NCBI GenBank assembly: GCA_028534125.1
Contig: CM052817.1
Span: 93,994,001 to 94,058,000 of the forward strand
From: Lama glama
Taxonomy: Eukaryota
Length of the DNA: 64,000 nucleotides
Reading direction: 5' to 3'
Shown here: positions 13,200 through 27,390 of the stretch, in pieces
How positions within the stretch are numbered: position 1 is the stretch's first letter
Layout: each line of letters starts with the position of its first letter
Position numbers and translations under genes: made by a program
Notes under the pieces: generated by a model
Told to the model about the DNA's origin: nothing
Databases searched by the model: none
Seen by the model: only the letters and a program-made list of their open reading frames with translations

Positions 13200-14770
13200 T
13201 GCCATCTCTCCCCAGTTATATCCCAAAATCTCTCCCCTAAGACACTTTATCTCACCAAGTAAACACCCCTAAATCTCTCCTAAAAATAATTATTCAACTC
13301 TGATATCCCTTTTCCCAACTCTTTCATTTCTCCTTTATAGCCAAGCTCCCAGGAAGAGAAGTCTCCTGCACTCTTGACTGCATCCTGCTTCAAGCCTACG
13401 CTATCCAGCTGAACTGCACTCTCCAAGTAATAAATGAGTTCCTAACTGCCACATCCAGTAGATACATTCTGCTCCCTGCTTCTGTGAGCAAGAATAACAC
13501 AGTGGTTTAAGAACATCAACTTTGCAGTCACTTGCAGGGTTCACAATCTTGACTCTGACACTTACTTTAGTTATTTCATCTCTCTGTTTTCTTATCCATA
13601 AAGCATGGTTAATAAAAACACCTATATCACAGATATAACTTGAAGAGCTAATACATATAAAACACTTACAGCATTGCTTGGTATATGGTTAAATGTCATG
13701 TAAGTGTTAACTATTTATCATTATTATTTTATTGGGCCTCTTTTTATGGCATTTAGTATTATTAATACTATCCTTAAAATCCTTCCATTTCCTTGGCTTT
13801 TGGGATATTATTGTCTTAAAGTTCCTTTCTCTGTCATCTTTTCAAGTTCCTCTTCCATTATCTGACTCTTAAGTATTGATTTGCCCCAGAGTCAGTCTGC
13901 GTTCTCTTCTTTCTCAATTTGACACACTGTTCTTGAGAAATTTTATTCACTCCCTTAGTCCCAAGTACCAACAGTACTCTTATAATTAGCAATTCTCTGT
14001 GCTTGTACTCCCTCTCTCTTTCTCTCTCTCTCTCCCCTCCATCTGTCATTTCATCCAACGAATATTCACTGACAGCCATGCCAGACATCATGCCAAGCAT
14101 TCTGATCCAGATTCCTGCCAGAGCTCCAGATTCACATAGCCTATTTGACCTCTCTTGATGTGACTCAAAGGCACCTCAAATGAAGATGTCCAGAACTAAA
14201 CGTATTACTCCCTAATCTTCCAAACGTGCTCTTCATTCTGTATTCCCTGACCCAGAGACAAGCATTATCATTCACCGGAGTGCCCAACCCAGAGTCCGAA
14301 GACTTACACCTGAGCTCTCCATCATTATCCTCCCTGCTTCTAATCAGTTGCTAAATTCTACTTCTCAAATATTTCTGTCTGTTGTATGGCGGTTGTGTGC
14401 GCAGACTATGGAGCCAAATCGCAGCTATACAACTCTCTGACTGCATAACATCTATGTGACGTTTAGCCTCTCTAGACTTCATTCTTCTCTGCAAAATGGG
14501 AATGGAACCCACTTCATAGGGACATGGTGAATATTAAATGCAACAATCCATGTACAGTACCTAGCATTGTGCCTAGCACATAGAAAGCATTCAATAAAGA
14601 TTATTTTATTAACATCATCCCTATTGATACTATATTTGTTTAAATCTCTATCCTTTCTTGGTTAGTCCTAACTGGTCAGTAATAGCATCCTACCTGGTCT
14701 CCTTATGTCCTATTTTGTGCCTCATCAGCCCATTCTTTATACCACTACCCAAAAATCTGATCTAAAACAC
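13200..14770 (+). mobile_element. Fragmented L2 with inserted MIRs (~13495-13725, ~14385-14605)
   Basis: L2-like 'ggcacctcaaatgaagatgtccagaactaaac'; MIR-like 'cagtggtttaagaaca' and 'gtgcctagcacatagaaagcattcaataaa'. Confidence 0.55.
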
Positions 14771-17604
14771 AGTAGCATAAAATAGAAATGCAGTGAACTA
14801 TGAAGCAAATAGTTCATAGTATCTGAGTTAATGACATATGGAGAGGGAAAGTCTCCCCAAATTGAATCTACCTGAAAATTAGTATCAGGTCAATGGTAAA
14901 GACAAAGACTTGTAGTCAACACACAAATCACACTTCCAAAATATTGGCAAACTTCCTCCACAGCAAATACTATTCATACCCATTAAGCTTGGCCAACTCA
15001 AAGTAAGTAGTTAAGGTCATTTATTATAAGACTCTTGTTTCTGATTCTTTGTTGATTGTCCAAAACATAAGGGAGATGAATGTTTACAACTATCTTCAAT
15101 ACCAAAGGAAGTCCACTGACAAGAATGGTTAGGTAATACTGAATTTTTTATAAAAATTTTTAAAACTCTGAATTGTCAACAACCTATAGAACTTAATCAA
15201 CCTTTTTACCATATCCTGAAAAAAAAATATTGCATCAAGCAGCATTCTCTCTATTATTTATATAACTACATTTTTAGTCAAACACACATACAAAAATTAA
15301 TATTGTTCACTCTTTAAACAAATGAAGCAATTCTATTCTCTTATCACCTCAAAAGAATCAGAGGAAAGAAATATTCAGAGTACCTCATTTTTTTATAGCG
15401 GAGTCAGATCTGCTTTTAAAAGATTCTGCAGCAAACCAAATCTTAGGGAGTAACTAATCTCTTCATTATTGCTTTCTTTGGAAGTAATTTCATCTGTCAT
15501 ATAATCCTGACTTAAACTATGTTATTAAAAAGTTATAAAAGATAGAGATTGGAAGATTAGTTTCTTCACAGATGAAACCACAAAATCAATGAAGCAGCAT
15601 TATCCATACAGAGACAAAAGGAAATGTACAACTTTTACCAATATTATTCCCCCAAAAAAGTTAAAAGGCTGAGTTTCCGTATCATCACACAAGTCTTCGT
15701 CTCAAATTTATGTCACTGTGTGCATGCATCTGGAGACTTGAGAAGGAAATCGGTTCAGAGAATTTTTTAAATGGCTGAAGACTAGAGACAATTCTAAAAA
15801 GAAAGGTGTTTTTCAGAATTCTGTCTGCATCCAAAATAGAAAATCTTATTTCAAAAAAATATTTCTTAGTAAATAATGGATCAGACTCTTAAATATTCTG
15901 AAAAAATTATATACCTTCCTTAGCTCTGTCTAGAATTTTAAATGTGCACAGATCTAATGAAGTGTATGTTAACTTTTTGTTATAGTCAGGATTTTAGCAC
16001 ATATGAAAAAAAGCTGATATTTAACTCAAAAAATTTTAACAATGAATTTGACTAATAACATATTTAACCTTTAGCCTTACGACAGCAGTTCCCATAGATG
16101 GCAATAGGAGAAAACCAGCAAGCATAATGTGATGAAAAAAATACACATGAATTCATTCCTGTTTCCTATATAGAATTTGATGAGATTAACAATTTCCTGC
16201 AAAGCCAATGAGAATTGCTGATGAAACTTTCGGAAAGATTGCATGAGTCACCTTGAACATTTCAATTCTGGCCTGCAGCTATTATATTCTTGAGAAAATG
16301 TTTAGCAATACTCAACATTTTCATCTTACAGAGAAAAGAAACCTTGAAAGAAACAGTAGTTTATCATTCATTTGATGAATCAAGTCTCTTTCAAGGGTAT
16401 GCCCAATCTTTGGAGATAAATTTGATGACATGTTCTTGGGAAGAGCCTCTCATTCAGTCCAATTTTCAAACCAAAGATGACTGTGCTGTCAATATATTGC
16501 CGTTATGTTTGACAGACGGCTATGGTAACACATTACTCCATTTCATTAAACAGGCCCTATTCACCAAGGCATCTCTTTTCTTTGTATCATTCACCAACAC
16601 TTATTCCTTAGCATAAACTTTGCTTTCCTTCACATTCTGTGTGCTGTGTGCTTGAGAACAAACATCCACTCTTCAACACGATCATTATTGTCCCTACATT
16701 ACAATATCCTACAAGGGCAGGAAATTACAATGGGTTTGAAATAAGGTAGATCTTGGTTAGTTTTCCAAGATCACTTACTACATATAAGACCTTGGGAAAA
16801 TTACTCATCCTGAATCTGTTTCATTATCTGTAAAATAGGAAGAATAATACTTCATTTGCAAATTTGTTGTAAAAATTAAACATGGTATATATGAAAGTAC
16901 CCTTCCCCTGGAAATGATAAATACAAAGGCTTACATTAAAGCAGTAAGTCCTCATTCTCTCTCTTTCTGCACGGCAAGCTAATGCTTTGCATTACTATTT
17001 TAACAATGGTAACAAGGCCTCCGTGAACTGTTGAATCCCACTCCCTGCTCTCCATAGTTATTACTGATCCTTTCCCCACCTCTATTGCTTTCATTCCCTC
17101 CCAGGTAACCCTATGGGAACTAGAGTCAGCTCCAGAATTTCTATACAGAAGGAACTTGGAGCAACAATCTGGTAAGAAAGCGACATTAGAAAAACTGTCC
17201 TACAGCTGACTGCACAGCAAGGACACTGTTTTAGTTGCAGTAAATAGAGGGATTTTTGCATTGATGCTGTGCTTGCTGCAAGCACCCTGTTTTTATACAT
17301 GCTGTATATTTTGGGAGTTTTCAGAAGGCCAGTGGACACATAAAAATTCCCTCAAAAATCCTGTTTCCTATCACATCCAGCCATCATTCAGCCCATCGTC
17401 AAACATTATGCTCCATGACAATTTTCAGAATTGCATTCTTAGATCACATTAATAACTACACCTGGAATACCCTTCCTTTCTCATAACCTGTTTATTCCTC
17501 CATGTCTATCCTAAGAAATATTAGGAGTTACAAACTGCTCACTCCTCATTACCTAATTTTGACCAAAATTTCAGTTTCCTGAGTCAAGAAAACTGCAACA
17601 TATT

Positions 17605-17845
17605 GGCTAGTATAGTGCTGAAGCCAGTGTTGAACACAAGCCAGCTTGAACACACACCTGTGTTCAAGCAGGTGCGTGACCTTTGGCAAGTTTCTTATCC
17701 TCACCATGGCTCAGCTTCCTCGTCTATAAAATAAGGAAAACAGTAGGACTCTACTTTACAGAATTTTTGCAAGGACTAAATTAGTTAATAACTGTAAAGT
17801 CTGTCATGAAATAAGTGATATAGAAAGGTTAGCGATTGTTATTAT
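17605..17845 (+). mobile_element. MIR SINE
   Basis: Core 'gtgacctttggcaagtttcttatcctc...ctcagcttcctcgtctataaaat'. Confidence 0.7.
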
Positions 17846-18016
17846 TGCCAAGTTAAAATGGTACCACCTTATATACACAGCATTCATACAGGCACTTATC
17901 TAAAGTCAACTGCCTCAGAATCAGTTCCTCTAGATAACTGGTAATTAAGCCCTATTGAGTGGTACCCAAAATCCATTTCTATTCCATTTTGATCTATAGC
18001 AACATGTTATTATAAA

Positions 18017-19480
18017 GTTCATTCTACATATATTTATTGAGTACATACTTTGTGCCAGACACTGTGCCAGGAGCTGAGAATAAAATGGTGAATAAAAACA
18101 GACAGTGTCCCTCCCCTGGTGATGCTTATGTACAGTGGGGAGAGCACTACCCATCCAGTAATCCTAAAACAAATGGAAAACGTTAACTATGAAACGTACT
18201 GCAAGGTGAGGTACATGATGCCATAAGAAGGCCAATTTGCCAAAAATCAATTTGCAGAAAGCCAATTTGCCAAGAGCCAATTTTCCAAATGATTGATTCA
18301 CTGAATTCCCTAACAGACAATTAACTGAAAGCTAGTTCACCAAAAACCAATTTCTAGAAAATCAGTTTGATGAAAAGCAGTCTGCCAAATCATAATTTCA
18401 TCAAGTGACCAATTTACTGAATTACTGAGGATTTTTTTGAAGACTTCATTCACAGAAATTTTAATTCAGTCCTTTCGTGACAGCTCTTTAACCCCAAATT
18501 TGACAGTCTGTCTGGGCTGCATGTCAGTCTCATGTTTTCACATTTCAGATGCCAAGTCCTTCTTGTAAGCCCAATAATCTAGTACTCCCGCGTAAGCAAA
18601 TGGTAGGCTTCTCCTTAAATGCAGTTTACTTTCTGTAGACTTAAGCCCCTTTCAGAAAGATTGCTGCAGAGAACCATCCAAGACCAATAAGATGAACTGG
18701 TCTGAAAGTTGGCTTTTGCCAAATTTGTTTTTAGCAAATTGGTCACTCATGGAACCAACTCTATCTAAGTCAACTGTTTTTCAGTGAAATTACCTAAAGT
18801 CCATGCTTTGGAATGGGGAACTTGGCCTTGTCAAACAGGTGAGAGGTGGCTTTATGGAGAAAAAAAATAACTAAACTAAGGTCAGTAGGATAAATTAAAA
18901 TAAAAGAAAAAGCAAAAGGGAAAAGCATATAAAAACTATTTGGAAGGAGGAAGCACTGAAATTACAAGAGTTTGCAAAATGGCCAGTGTGGCTGAACTAC
19001 AGAGAACACGGGGGGAGCACAGTGTGAATTGAGGCTAGAAATATAGTTGGGAGCTAAGCCATGTTGTGCCTCATAGACCATAATAGAGAATTCTGTTCTT
19101 TTTTTAAGAATGAGGATCCTTAATATATTTAAGTACAGGAATGACATGATCAGATTTGCAACTTGAAAGATCATTTTGCAAGTGGTATGGAGACCATATT
19201 TTAAGAGGGTACTTGTATAGGTTACTTTCTTATCTGGAAATGTATTATTGCAGTAGTTCAGAAGACAGAAGATTGTACTTAAGACTAGGGAATACAGAAA
19301 AGTGAAGCAAATTGAATTACTTACCAAGTTATGCAGGAGATAGAAACAACAGAATCTGTTATGGGGTGTTGAATATGGGGGTGAAGAAGAGGAAAGTAGG
19401 CAAGTGTCTTGGACAACTCCTAGACATCTGGTTTGCTAGATGGTGGTGCCATTCCTGAGAAAGGGAAACTGGAAGACCAG
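18017..19480 (-). mobile_element. L2 3' region, interrupted at 18230-18794
   Basis: Reverse L2 tail 'ttcattctacatatatttattgagtacatactttgtgccagacactgtg'; 'aatgacatgatcagatttgc...gatggtggtgccatt'. Confidence 0.75.
18230..18794. mobile_element. Insertion with 15-bp periodic subterminal repeats in inverted orientation; probable ancient non-autonomous DNA element
   Basis: Units gccaatttgccaaaa/atcaatttgcagaaa/gccaatttgccaaga/gccaattttccaaat at left; reverse-complement units at 18694-18794. Confidence 0.6.
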
Positions 19481-20170
19481 GTTTGTATAATACTCTCTCT
19501 CAATGTGTTGCTAAATATTTGTGTATTTTATGTATCTATCAGAATATCTTCTTTTAAATTTTAAGTTATTGAGAAATTAAATGTGAGTTTGAGCTTGGTT
19601 TAAATGTGAGTTTGGTTGTATGCAATTTAGTGCCTCATGTGTGGGTATTCCATAAGCCATCATCTTTTTGATCCAGGCTCCATCATCCCTAGCTGGTTGA
19701 CTTTATGCAACTAATTTAGCCTCTCTGTGCCCCAATGTCTTTAATTTTTAAGCGGAAATAATAACAGTGCCTGACTGGGGAGAAACTTGCTAACAGTATC
19801 CTGCAATCCATTCTCTCCCTTCACAAAAGTAAGGCTTCTAGAAAAGAAGGAAGTTGACCTAGCTAAGTCTCCTTATGAACATATTAATGACAAACCTCCT
19901 GGCAAACTTAGAGCATAGTTAAGTATGCCAAATCGTCATTTCACCCAACGGTGCTAGTGAGATCTCTGATTCTTGTCTGATTTGTTAACCCAATCCTTTG
20001 TGTTAAGATTACTACCTCAGAGGACACTGGTGAGGATTAAACGAGCCAATGCTTATGAAAATGCAGTGCCAAGCTCATAACAAGCATTCATTAAGTTCAC
20101 TATTATCAATATATTATAATAATGCCAAGAAATAGTAAGAGCTATCACTTACAGAGTGAATATGATGTGA

Positions 20171-20210
20171 CAGGCACTTAAGGTAAGTGTCAGGCACTTA
20201 AGGTAAGTGT
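20171..20210. repeat. Perfect 20-bp tandem duplication within a reverse MIR
   Basis: caggcacttaaggtaagtgt x2. Confidence 0.95.
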
Positions 20211-21729
20211 CTTCCATGGATTATCTCATTTAATCATCTGAAAGCCCTATGTTCTATGTTAATTACCATTATATAAGAAGCTTGAAGACTGGAGATTAGA
20301 TTTCCCAAAGTCATATAGCTAGTAAATCATGGCACTAGGTTTTAAACCCGGGCAGTCTAACTCTCCAGCTGAGCTCTTGTTCCTATCTGTAAATAACACT
20401 GCCTTGCTACACTACTCTGTTTCTGAAAGTCCATTGGAATGTCCATCCAGGTGCTATTTTAGTACAATGAAGGTATAATTTATTAACTAGCACCAAAATG
20501 GCCTTAAAATGTTAATGCAGTTTCTAAATATATGTGACTTCCACCCAGGGAGTTACTAATGTCAGGAGAAGTAAAAATAAAGAAAACTATTATTTTTACT
20601 CCATGTCTCAAAATGTAATGACCCTTTGATATTCCACTGAGCATAACCCCTCTGTGCTGCCCCCAAAAGAGGCACAGGCTGGTCAATTGTGAAACAATAA
20701 AATATGACTGGAGATTTATGAAAATTAGCAAGAGGTTTGATGAGTTTCTTTTTCTCTCTCTGCTCAGATTATGCAAGCTATTTTATCTCCTTATTGCTAA
20801 GTTACAAACAATGGGGATAAGCAAAGAAAGAGATATAAGTTAACTCTATCAACTTCAGTAATAGCAATAATTAGCATACGTGACTAAAGTATTATTTGGA
20901 GGATAAAAGAGTATTGACTTGATTTGAAATTAAATGGCATAGGCATTCCACAGCCTTTATTACACAAATGATAGTTATAAACTATGGGCACTCAATTTAG
21001 TCTTATCCATTTTATTCATTAAGGACATTCATTTTTTATATATTTGTAGGTGGATATTAAATCATATTTTCATGGATTTTTACAACCCACACAATACTGA
21101 GAATAAAATAATTAAACAACAATGTTCCTGGCACAAATGCAGAAAAGTGGAAGATTATCTAATACTGTTACCCAGGAAGCATTATGGTGGCCATGTTTCT
21201 GCTCATTGTGATTTTGTTTTCAGTCTTGATATCAAACAGGGAGCAATTTTTCCTGCCAAAGGGAGTAGACCATAGCCTTGTAGAAAATAGGGCAAGGCAA
21301 AGAGAACAAGGTTCACTGCAGTCTTACAAGGAAAAGACTGTATTTAAAGTAAGCTCTAGAAACTGCCCACGCATATATAAATTTCTGCAAACAGTATTAA
21401 GAGCTTTGGAAGTCACCATTCCATGGCAGATTTGCATGGAACCCTCCAAAGGAAGATCAGGAAGACTTGGAATAATATAAATCTAGATCGCACCAGAACA
21501 AAGAAGAATGTTTATTAAAAAGGAAATGGAAATTGACATCAGGGCTCCATTTGTGAAAACTCCATATTTAACTTTATATACCTATATGTAAGTCAACTGT
21601 ACATGAAAATGTGTATTTGTTGTTTTTAGAAATCCTAATATGAAGCATTTTTTTCTCTAAGTACTCTTAGAAAGAGATACCAGAACTAAAGGGGCTCATT
21701 GGGAGAGGAGATCTGCACACTTTCGCAGG

Positions 21730-22070
21730 ATGTGCCAAGAACACAAAGTCCTGACCATTGTCTGCCCAGGCCATTTCTCAAAGTTGTGTTTGCAGAGGGC
21801 AACCTTGAGAAATAAGGTAATTCACGCATCCCAAATAAAGAGCAGGCTTGCTTACTGCTTGCTATAAAAACAGTGGATTCCCAAGTTCAGTTATAATATA
21901 ACCAATAGCATGTGCAGGCTCCCAACTAGGACCTCTGGTCACTCCCATGTGAATGAGGGCCAATGCAAACATACTGATGCTCATGCACTGAGGTAACAAG
22001 CTAACTTATTAACTTGCAAGCATGGCAAAATCAAATCCCAGAACTGCCAAACCCTACTTGACCCTACAAT
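21730..22070 (+). mobile_element. Old LTR-like fragment (MER68/MER77-like)
   Basis: 'gcaggcttgcttactgcttgctataaaaacagtggattcccaag' resembles the TATA region of that LTR group; family uncertain. Confidence 0.4.
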
Positions 22071-22131
22071 AAAGGTTCCTGGACCCAGAACAGATGGAGT
22101 AAATAAAATCTTTCATAATGTGTCTGAAGAC

Positions 22132-25100
22132 TTTTTTTAATAGGTTTTATTTTTTAGAGTAGTTCTAGGTTTAGAGAAAAATTTCCCAGGTTTAAAGGAT
22201 TTTCATATTCCTTCATTCCCAATTTTATCCTATTACTAACAACTTGTATTAGTGTGGTACATTTATTACAACTGATGAAACAATATTGATACATTAGCAT
22301 TTACTCTGTGTCCTACATCCTGTGGGTTTAATAAATGCTTGTCGTGTGTCCATCATTACACATAGTTTCACTGCCATAAAAATTCCCTGTGCTCTACCTA
22401 TTCATCCCCTCTTCCTCCTAATCCCTGAAAACCACCGATATAAATATATACATATATATACACATACACACATATATATTTTATAAATACTTTATATATA
22501 TTTATATAACATTTATTTATTATATATGTATGTATTTTTTTTAACTCTCTCCTTAATTTTGCCTTTTCCAGACTGTCATACAGTGGGGATCATGAAATAT
22601 GTAGCCTTTTCAGATTGGCTTCTTTTACTTAGCAATATGCATTTAAGGTTTCTCCATGTCTTTCCGCGGCTTGATGGCTCATTTCTTTTTAACTTAATGT
22701 TGCTGTTAGGGTGAGTACGGTAAAACTCTAGTCTCATAGCAACTTCCTAGTATACAATACAATAATGTTAACTATGGTCACCATGGAGTACCTTAGATTC
22801 CCAGAATTTATTCATCTTCTAACTTAAAATTTGTAGTTTGACCAACATCTCCCCATTTCCCAGATCCCTTGGGCCCTGGCAACTGCCATTCTACTCTGTT
22901 CCCATGAGTCTGATGTTTTTAGAATCCATATGTGAGATCATAAAGCATTTGTCTTCGTCTGGCTTATTTTACTTAGCAAAATGCCTTCAAGGCCCATCCA
23001 TGCTGTCACAAATGGCAGGATTTCCTTCTTTTATATGGATAAATAATGTTTCATTCTATAAATATACTTCATTTTCTCTATCCATTCATCTGTTAGTGGA
23101 CATTTAGGTTATTTCCATCCTTGACTGTTGTGAAGAATGCTATAGTGAACATGGGACTGCAGATGTCTCTCTGACATAGTGATTTTCTTTCCTTTCAATA
23201 TATATCTATATGTAGGATTGCTGAATCCCAGTTGTATTTTTAATTTTTTGAGAAACCTCTATACTTTTCCCATAGTGGCTATACGAATTTACATTCCCAT
23301 CAGCAGTGCACCAAGACTTCCTGTTCTACACATCCTTGCCAGCTTTTATCTTTTGTCTTTTTGAAAATAGTCATCCTAACAGATGAGATGATATCTCATT
23401 GTGGTTTTAATTTTCATTTCCCTGATGGTTAGTGATGTAGAGTTCCTTTCATGTACTTGTTGACCATTTTTGTCTTCTTTGGAAAAATTGTGTATTCAAC
23501 TTCTCTGCCCATTTTTAAATTGGATTATTTGTTTTTTCACTGTTGAGTTCTTTACATATTTTGGATATTAACCACTTATCAAATACATGGTTTGGAAATA
23601 TTTTCACCCATTCCACAGCCTGCCTTTTCATTTTATTGTTTCTTCTGCTGTGCAGAAAATTTTCAGTTTGTTATAGTAATGCTTGTTGATTTTTGCTTTT
23701 GTTACTTCAGTTTGGGGGTTCACATCTAAAAAATAATTGCCAAAACCTATGTCAAGGAGCTTTTTCTTTTTTTTTTTTTTTTTTAGGTTTTACAATTTCA
23801 GGTCTTATGCTGAAGTCCTTAATTTCATTTTGAGATACTTTAGTGAGCAATGTAAGATGTGGGTCTGGTTTCATTCTTTTATGTGTGAATATCGTTTTCC
23901 CAACATCATTTACTGAAAAACCTATTCTTTCCCCATTGAGTATTCTTGGCTTCCTTGTCATATGTGAGCTGGCCATATATGCACAAGTTTATTTCTGGAC
24001 TCTTGATTCTGTTCTATTGGTCTATGTGTCCGTTTTATGTCAGTACTATACTGTTTTTATTACTATAATTTTGTAATATAATTTAAAGTCAGCAAGTGTG
24101 ATGCTTCTAGCTTTCTAAGATTGCTTTCATAATCTGAGGTCTTTGTGATTCCATTAAAAATTTAGAATGGTTTCTTCTATTTCTCTGAAAAATGCCATTG
24201 GAATTTTGATAGAGATTGCATTGGATCTATAGATGGTTTGTATAATATAGCCATTTAGATAATATTAACTCTTCAGATCCATGAGCATGGGATCTCTTTC
24301 CATTTATTTGTGTCTTCAATTTCTTTGATCGATGTCTTATAGTTTTTGGTGTATAGATCTTTCACTTTCCTGGTTAAATTTATTCCTAAGTATTTTGTTT
24401 TTGATGCTATTATAAATAGCACTGTTTTCCTTTCTAAGAAAGCTCATTGTTAGTGTACAGAATCAGAACTCATTTTTGTATGTGGATTTTGTGTTCTGAA
24501 ACTTTACTGAATTCATTTATTAGTTCTAACAGTTTTTTGGTGGGGTCTTTAGAATTTTCTATATACAAGATCATGTAACCAGCAAAACAGATAATTTTAC
24601 TTCTTCCTTCTCAATACGGACGTCTTTTCTTTCTTTTTCTTCTCGAATTTCTCTGGCTAGGACTTCCGGCACTATGTTGAATAGGAATGGTGACAGTAGG
24701 CATCTTTGTTTTGTTCCTAATTTTAGAGAAATTTTTCAGTCTTTTCACCATTGAGTATGATGTTAGCCGTGAGTTTGTCATGTATGGCCTTTATTAGGCT
24801 GAGCTTTGTTCCTTCTATACTCAATTTATTAAGAATTTTTATCATGAAAAAATAAATTATGTCAAATACTCTTTCTGCATCTACTGAGATGATCATATGA
24901 ATTTTCTTTCAATCTATTATGTGATGTATTACATTTACTAATTTGTGTATATTGAGCCATACTTTCATCCCAGGGATAAAAGCCATCTGATCACAGGGTA
25001 TGATCCTTTTAATGTACTGTTGAACTTGGTTTACTAGTATTTTGTTGGGAATTTTTGAATCTATATTCACTAGAGATATTGGCCTGTAGTTTTCTTTTCT

Positions 25101-25320
25101 TGGCTTTGGCATCAGCCTTGTAATGATAGCCTCAAAAAATGAGTTTGGGAGAGTTTGGATTGGCATTTGCTCTTTAAATGTTTGGTAGAATTCACTGGTG
25201 AAGCCATCTGGTCCTGGGCTTTGATTGGGAAGTATTTGATTACTGATTCAAGCTCCTTACTTGTCTGTTCAAATTTTCTATTTCTTCATGATTCAGACTT
25301 AGTAGGTTGTAGTATTTCTG
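22132..25320 (-). mobile_element. Old L1 3'UTR/ORF2 fragments (L1MC-like end, then L1MA-like end with ORF2 RT remnant)
   Basis: Minus-strand ORF 24909-25166 [40 protein letters not shown] is L1 RT; T-rich plus strand; two distinct 3'UTR types at ~22132 and ~22690. Confidence 0.9.
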
Positions 25321-26027
25321 TCATTTTGCTATTTTTTCTGTATCTCTTATATATTTTTTTTTTGCTCATTTCCTGTATTACTGTGTTCTTTTGTGTTTAG
25401 TTTTTTTCTTTATTTTTTTTTTTTTTGGTTGTAAAATGCTTAAATTCCTTTCTCATTTCCTTTTGTGTTATTCTGTACCTAGGCTTACCATAGGGATTAT
25501 ATTTAACATCCTGAAGTTATAACATTCTAATTTGAATTTTTATTAATTTCAGTAACATGTAAAACTCTTCTCCTTTTCAGATCCATCCTCACTTTGGGTT
25601 GTTGGTGACACATAATTACTTCTTCATACAACATACTTCTTCCCAAACATAAATTAGTAATTATTTTAAATGCACGAGTCTTTGAAATTATGCAGAAAAC
25701 AGTATGTGGAATTACAAACCAAAGTTACAATAATACTAGCTTTTAGACTAATAATCTTTTAATGTATTAATCTTTTAAATCATGTAAAAAACAAAAAGGG
25801 GATTTACAAACTGTTGTTACAATAATACTAAGTTTTATAACTGCTCCTGTATTTACCTTCACTGAGATCATTATTTCTTCATATGGCTTTGAGTTACTGT
25901 CTAGCATCCTTTTATTTCACCCTGCAGGACTCCCTTGAGCCTTTCTTGCAGGGCAGGTCCGGTAGTAATAAACCCCCTCAGTGTTTGTTTTTATTTATCT
26001 GAGAATGTCTTAATTTATCCTTCACTT

Positions 26028-26128
26028 TTTCTTGTTTTTATTTTTTAATGGAGGTACTGGGGATTGAACCTAAGACCTTGTGCAAGCTAAGCATGCACTC
26101 TACCACTGAGATATACCCACACCCCTTC
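26028..26128 (-). mobile_element. tRNA-Ala-derived SINE (camelid vic-1-like), short form
   Basis: Reverse strand reads gggtatatctcagtggtagagtgcatgcttagc...ggttcaatccccagtacctcca plus A tail; TSD tccttcactt at 26018-26027 and 26129-26138. Confidence 0.9.
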
Positions 26129-27257
26129 TCCTTCACTTCTGATGAACATTTTTGCCAGATACAAGATTCTTGGTTGACAGGTATATTTTTCTTTTAGCAC
26201 TCTGGATGTATCAGTCCACTGCCTTCTGTTCCTCAAAGTTTCTGATGAAAAATAATCTTATTGTGGATCCTTGTATGTGACAAGTTGCTTCTCTCTTGCT
26301 GCTTTCAAGATTCTCTCACTGTCTTTGGCTTTTGAAAGTTTGATTATAATATGTCTCAGTGTAGGTGTCTTGAGTTCACCTTACTTTGAGTTCACTGAGA
26401 TTCCTGGATGTTTATATTCATTTCTTTCATCAAATTTGGGATGTTTTCAGATATTATTTCTTCAAATATTCCCTCTGCTGCTTTCTCTTCTCTCCAACTG
26501 GGATTCCTACAATGCATGTTGACCCAACTGATTATGTCCTACAGGTCCCTTAGGTTCTGCTCACTTTTCTTTAATCTTTATCCTTCTGTTCCTCAGTCTC
26601 GATAATTTATATTGTCCTGTCTTCAAGTTGACTGACTATTCTACCTACTCAATTCTGCCTTTGAATCCCTCTAGCGAATTTTTCATCTCAGTAATTGTAC
26701 TTTTCAGGTCCAGAATTTTTCTTTACGTTTTCTATATTTTCATTGATTTTTCCATTTTGTACATATGTTATTTTCTTGACTTTCTCCACATCTTAGTTAT
26801 TTAAGCATCTTTAAGGCAGTTTTTTTAAGTCTTTAATAGATTTGCCACCAGATGTTTTACAGGGACAGTTTCTGTTGATTTATTTTTTCCTTTGAATGAG
26901 CCATATTTTCCTGTTTCTTTGTATGCCTTGTTTTTTTTTTATTGCTGTTGTTATTGTTGAAAACTAGATATTTTAATCTAATAATGTGGTAACTGAAAAT
27001 CCAATTCTCCCCATTCCTCAGGGTTTGCTCTTTTGTTCTTGTTGTTTTTGTTCATTGTCTTTGTTTTCTTGATTGTTGTAGGTTGTCTCTGTGCCAAGAA
27101 TCAATCTGAGGTATAAATTTAAGGTCTTCCCAAGTCTTTTCAGAGACTGTCCCTGAGTATGCATAGTCATTTTCTAATTTTCCCTATATATGCTATTGTA
27201 TTTGAATGCCCTAGTCTTTAATGTTTCGCTTACAAAAGGGTAAAAAGAGGGAAATGA

Positions 27258-27390
27258 GGGGGAGGGTATAGCTCAAGTGGTAGAACACATGCTTAGCATA
27301 CACATGGTCCTGGGTTCAATCCCTAGTATCTCCTCTAAAAATAAGTAAATAATTAAACCTAACTTCTCCCCCCCAAAAATTTTTTTTTAA
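27258..27390 (+). mobile_element. tRNA-Ala-derived SINE (vic-1-like)
   Basis: gggtatagctcaagtggtaga (A box)...gggttcaatccc (B box); TSD-like aaaaagagg(g/t)aaat on both sides. Confidence 0.9.

Noticed and set aside
18231..18423. CRISPR-like array
   Set aside because: Eukaryotic context; contiguous degenerate 15-mers without unique spacers
26028..27390. Possible tRNA-Ala genes
   Set aside because: A tails, TSDs and stem-breaking substitutions indicate SINEs
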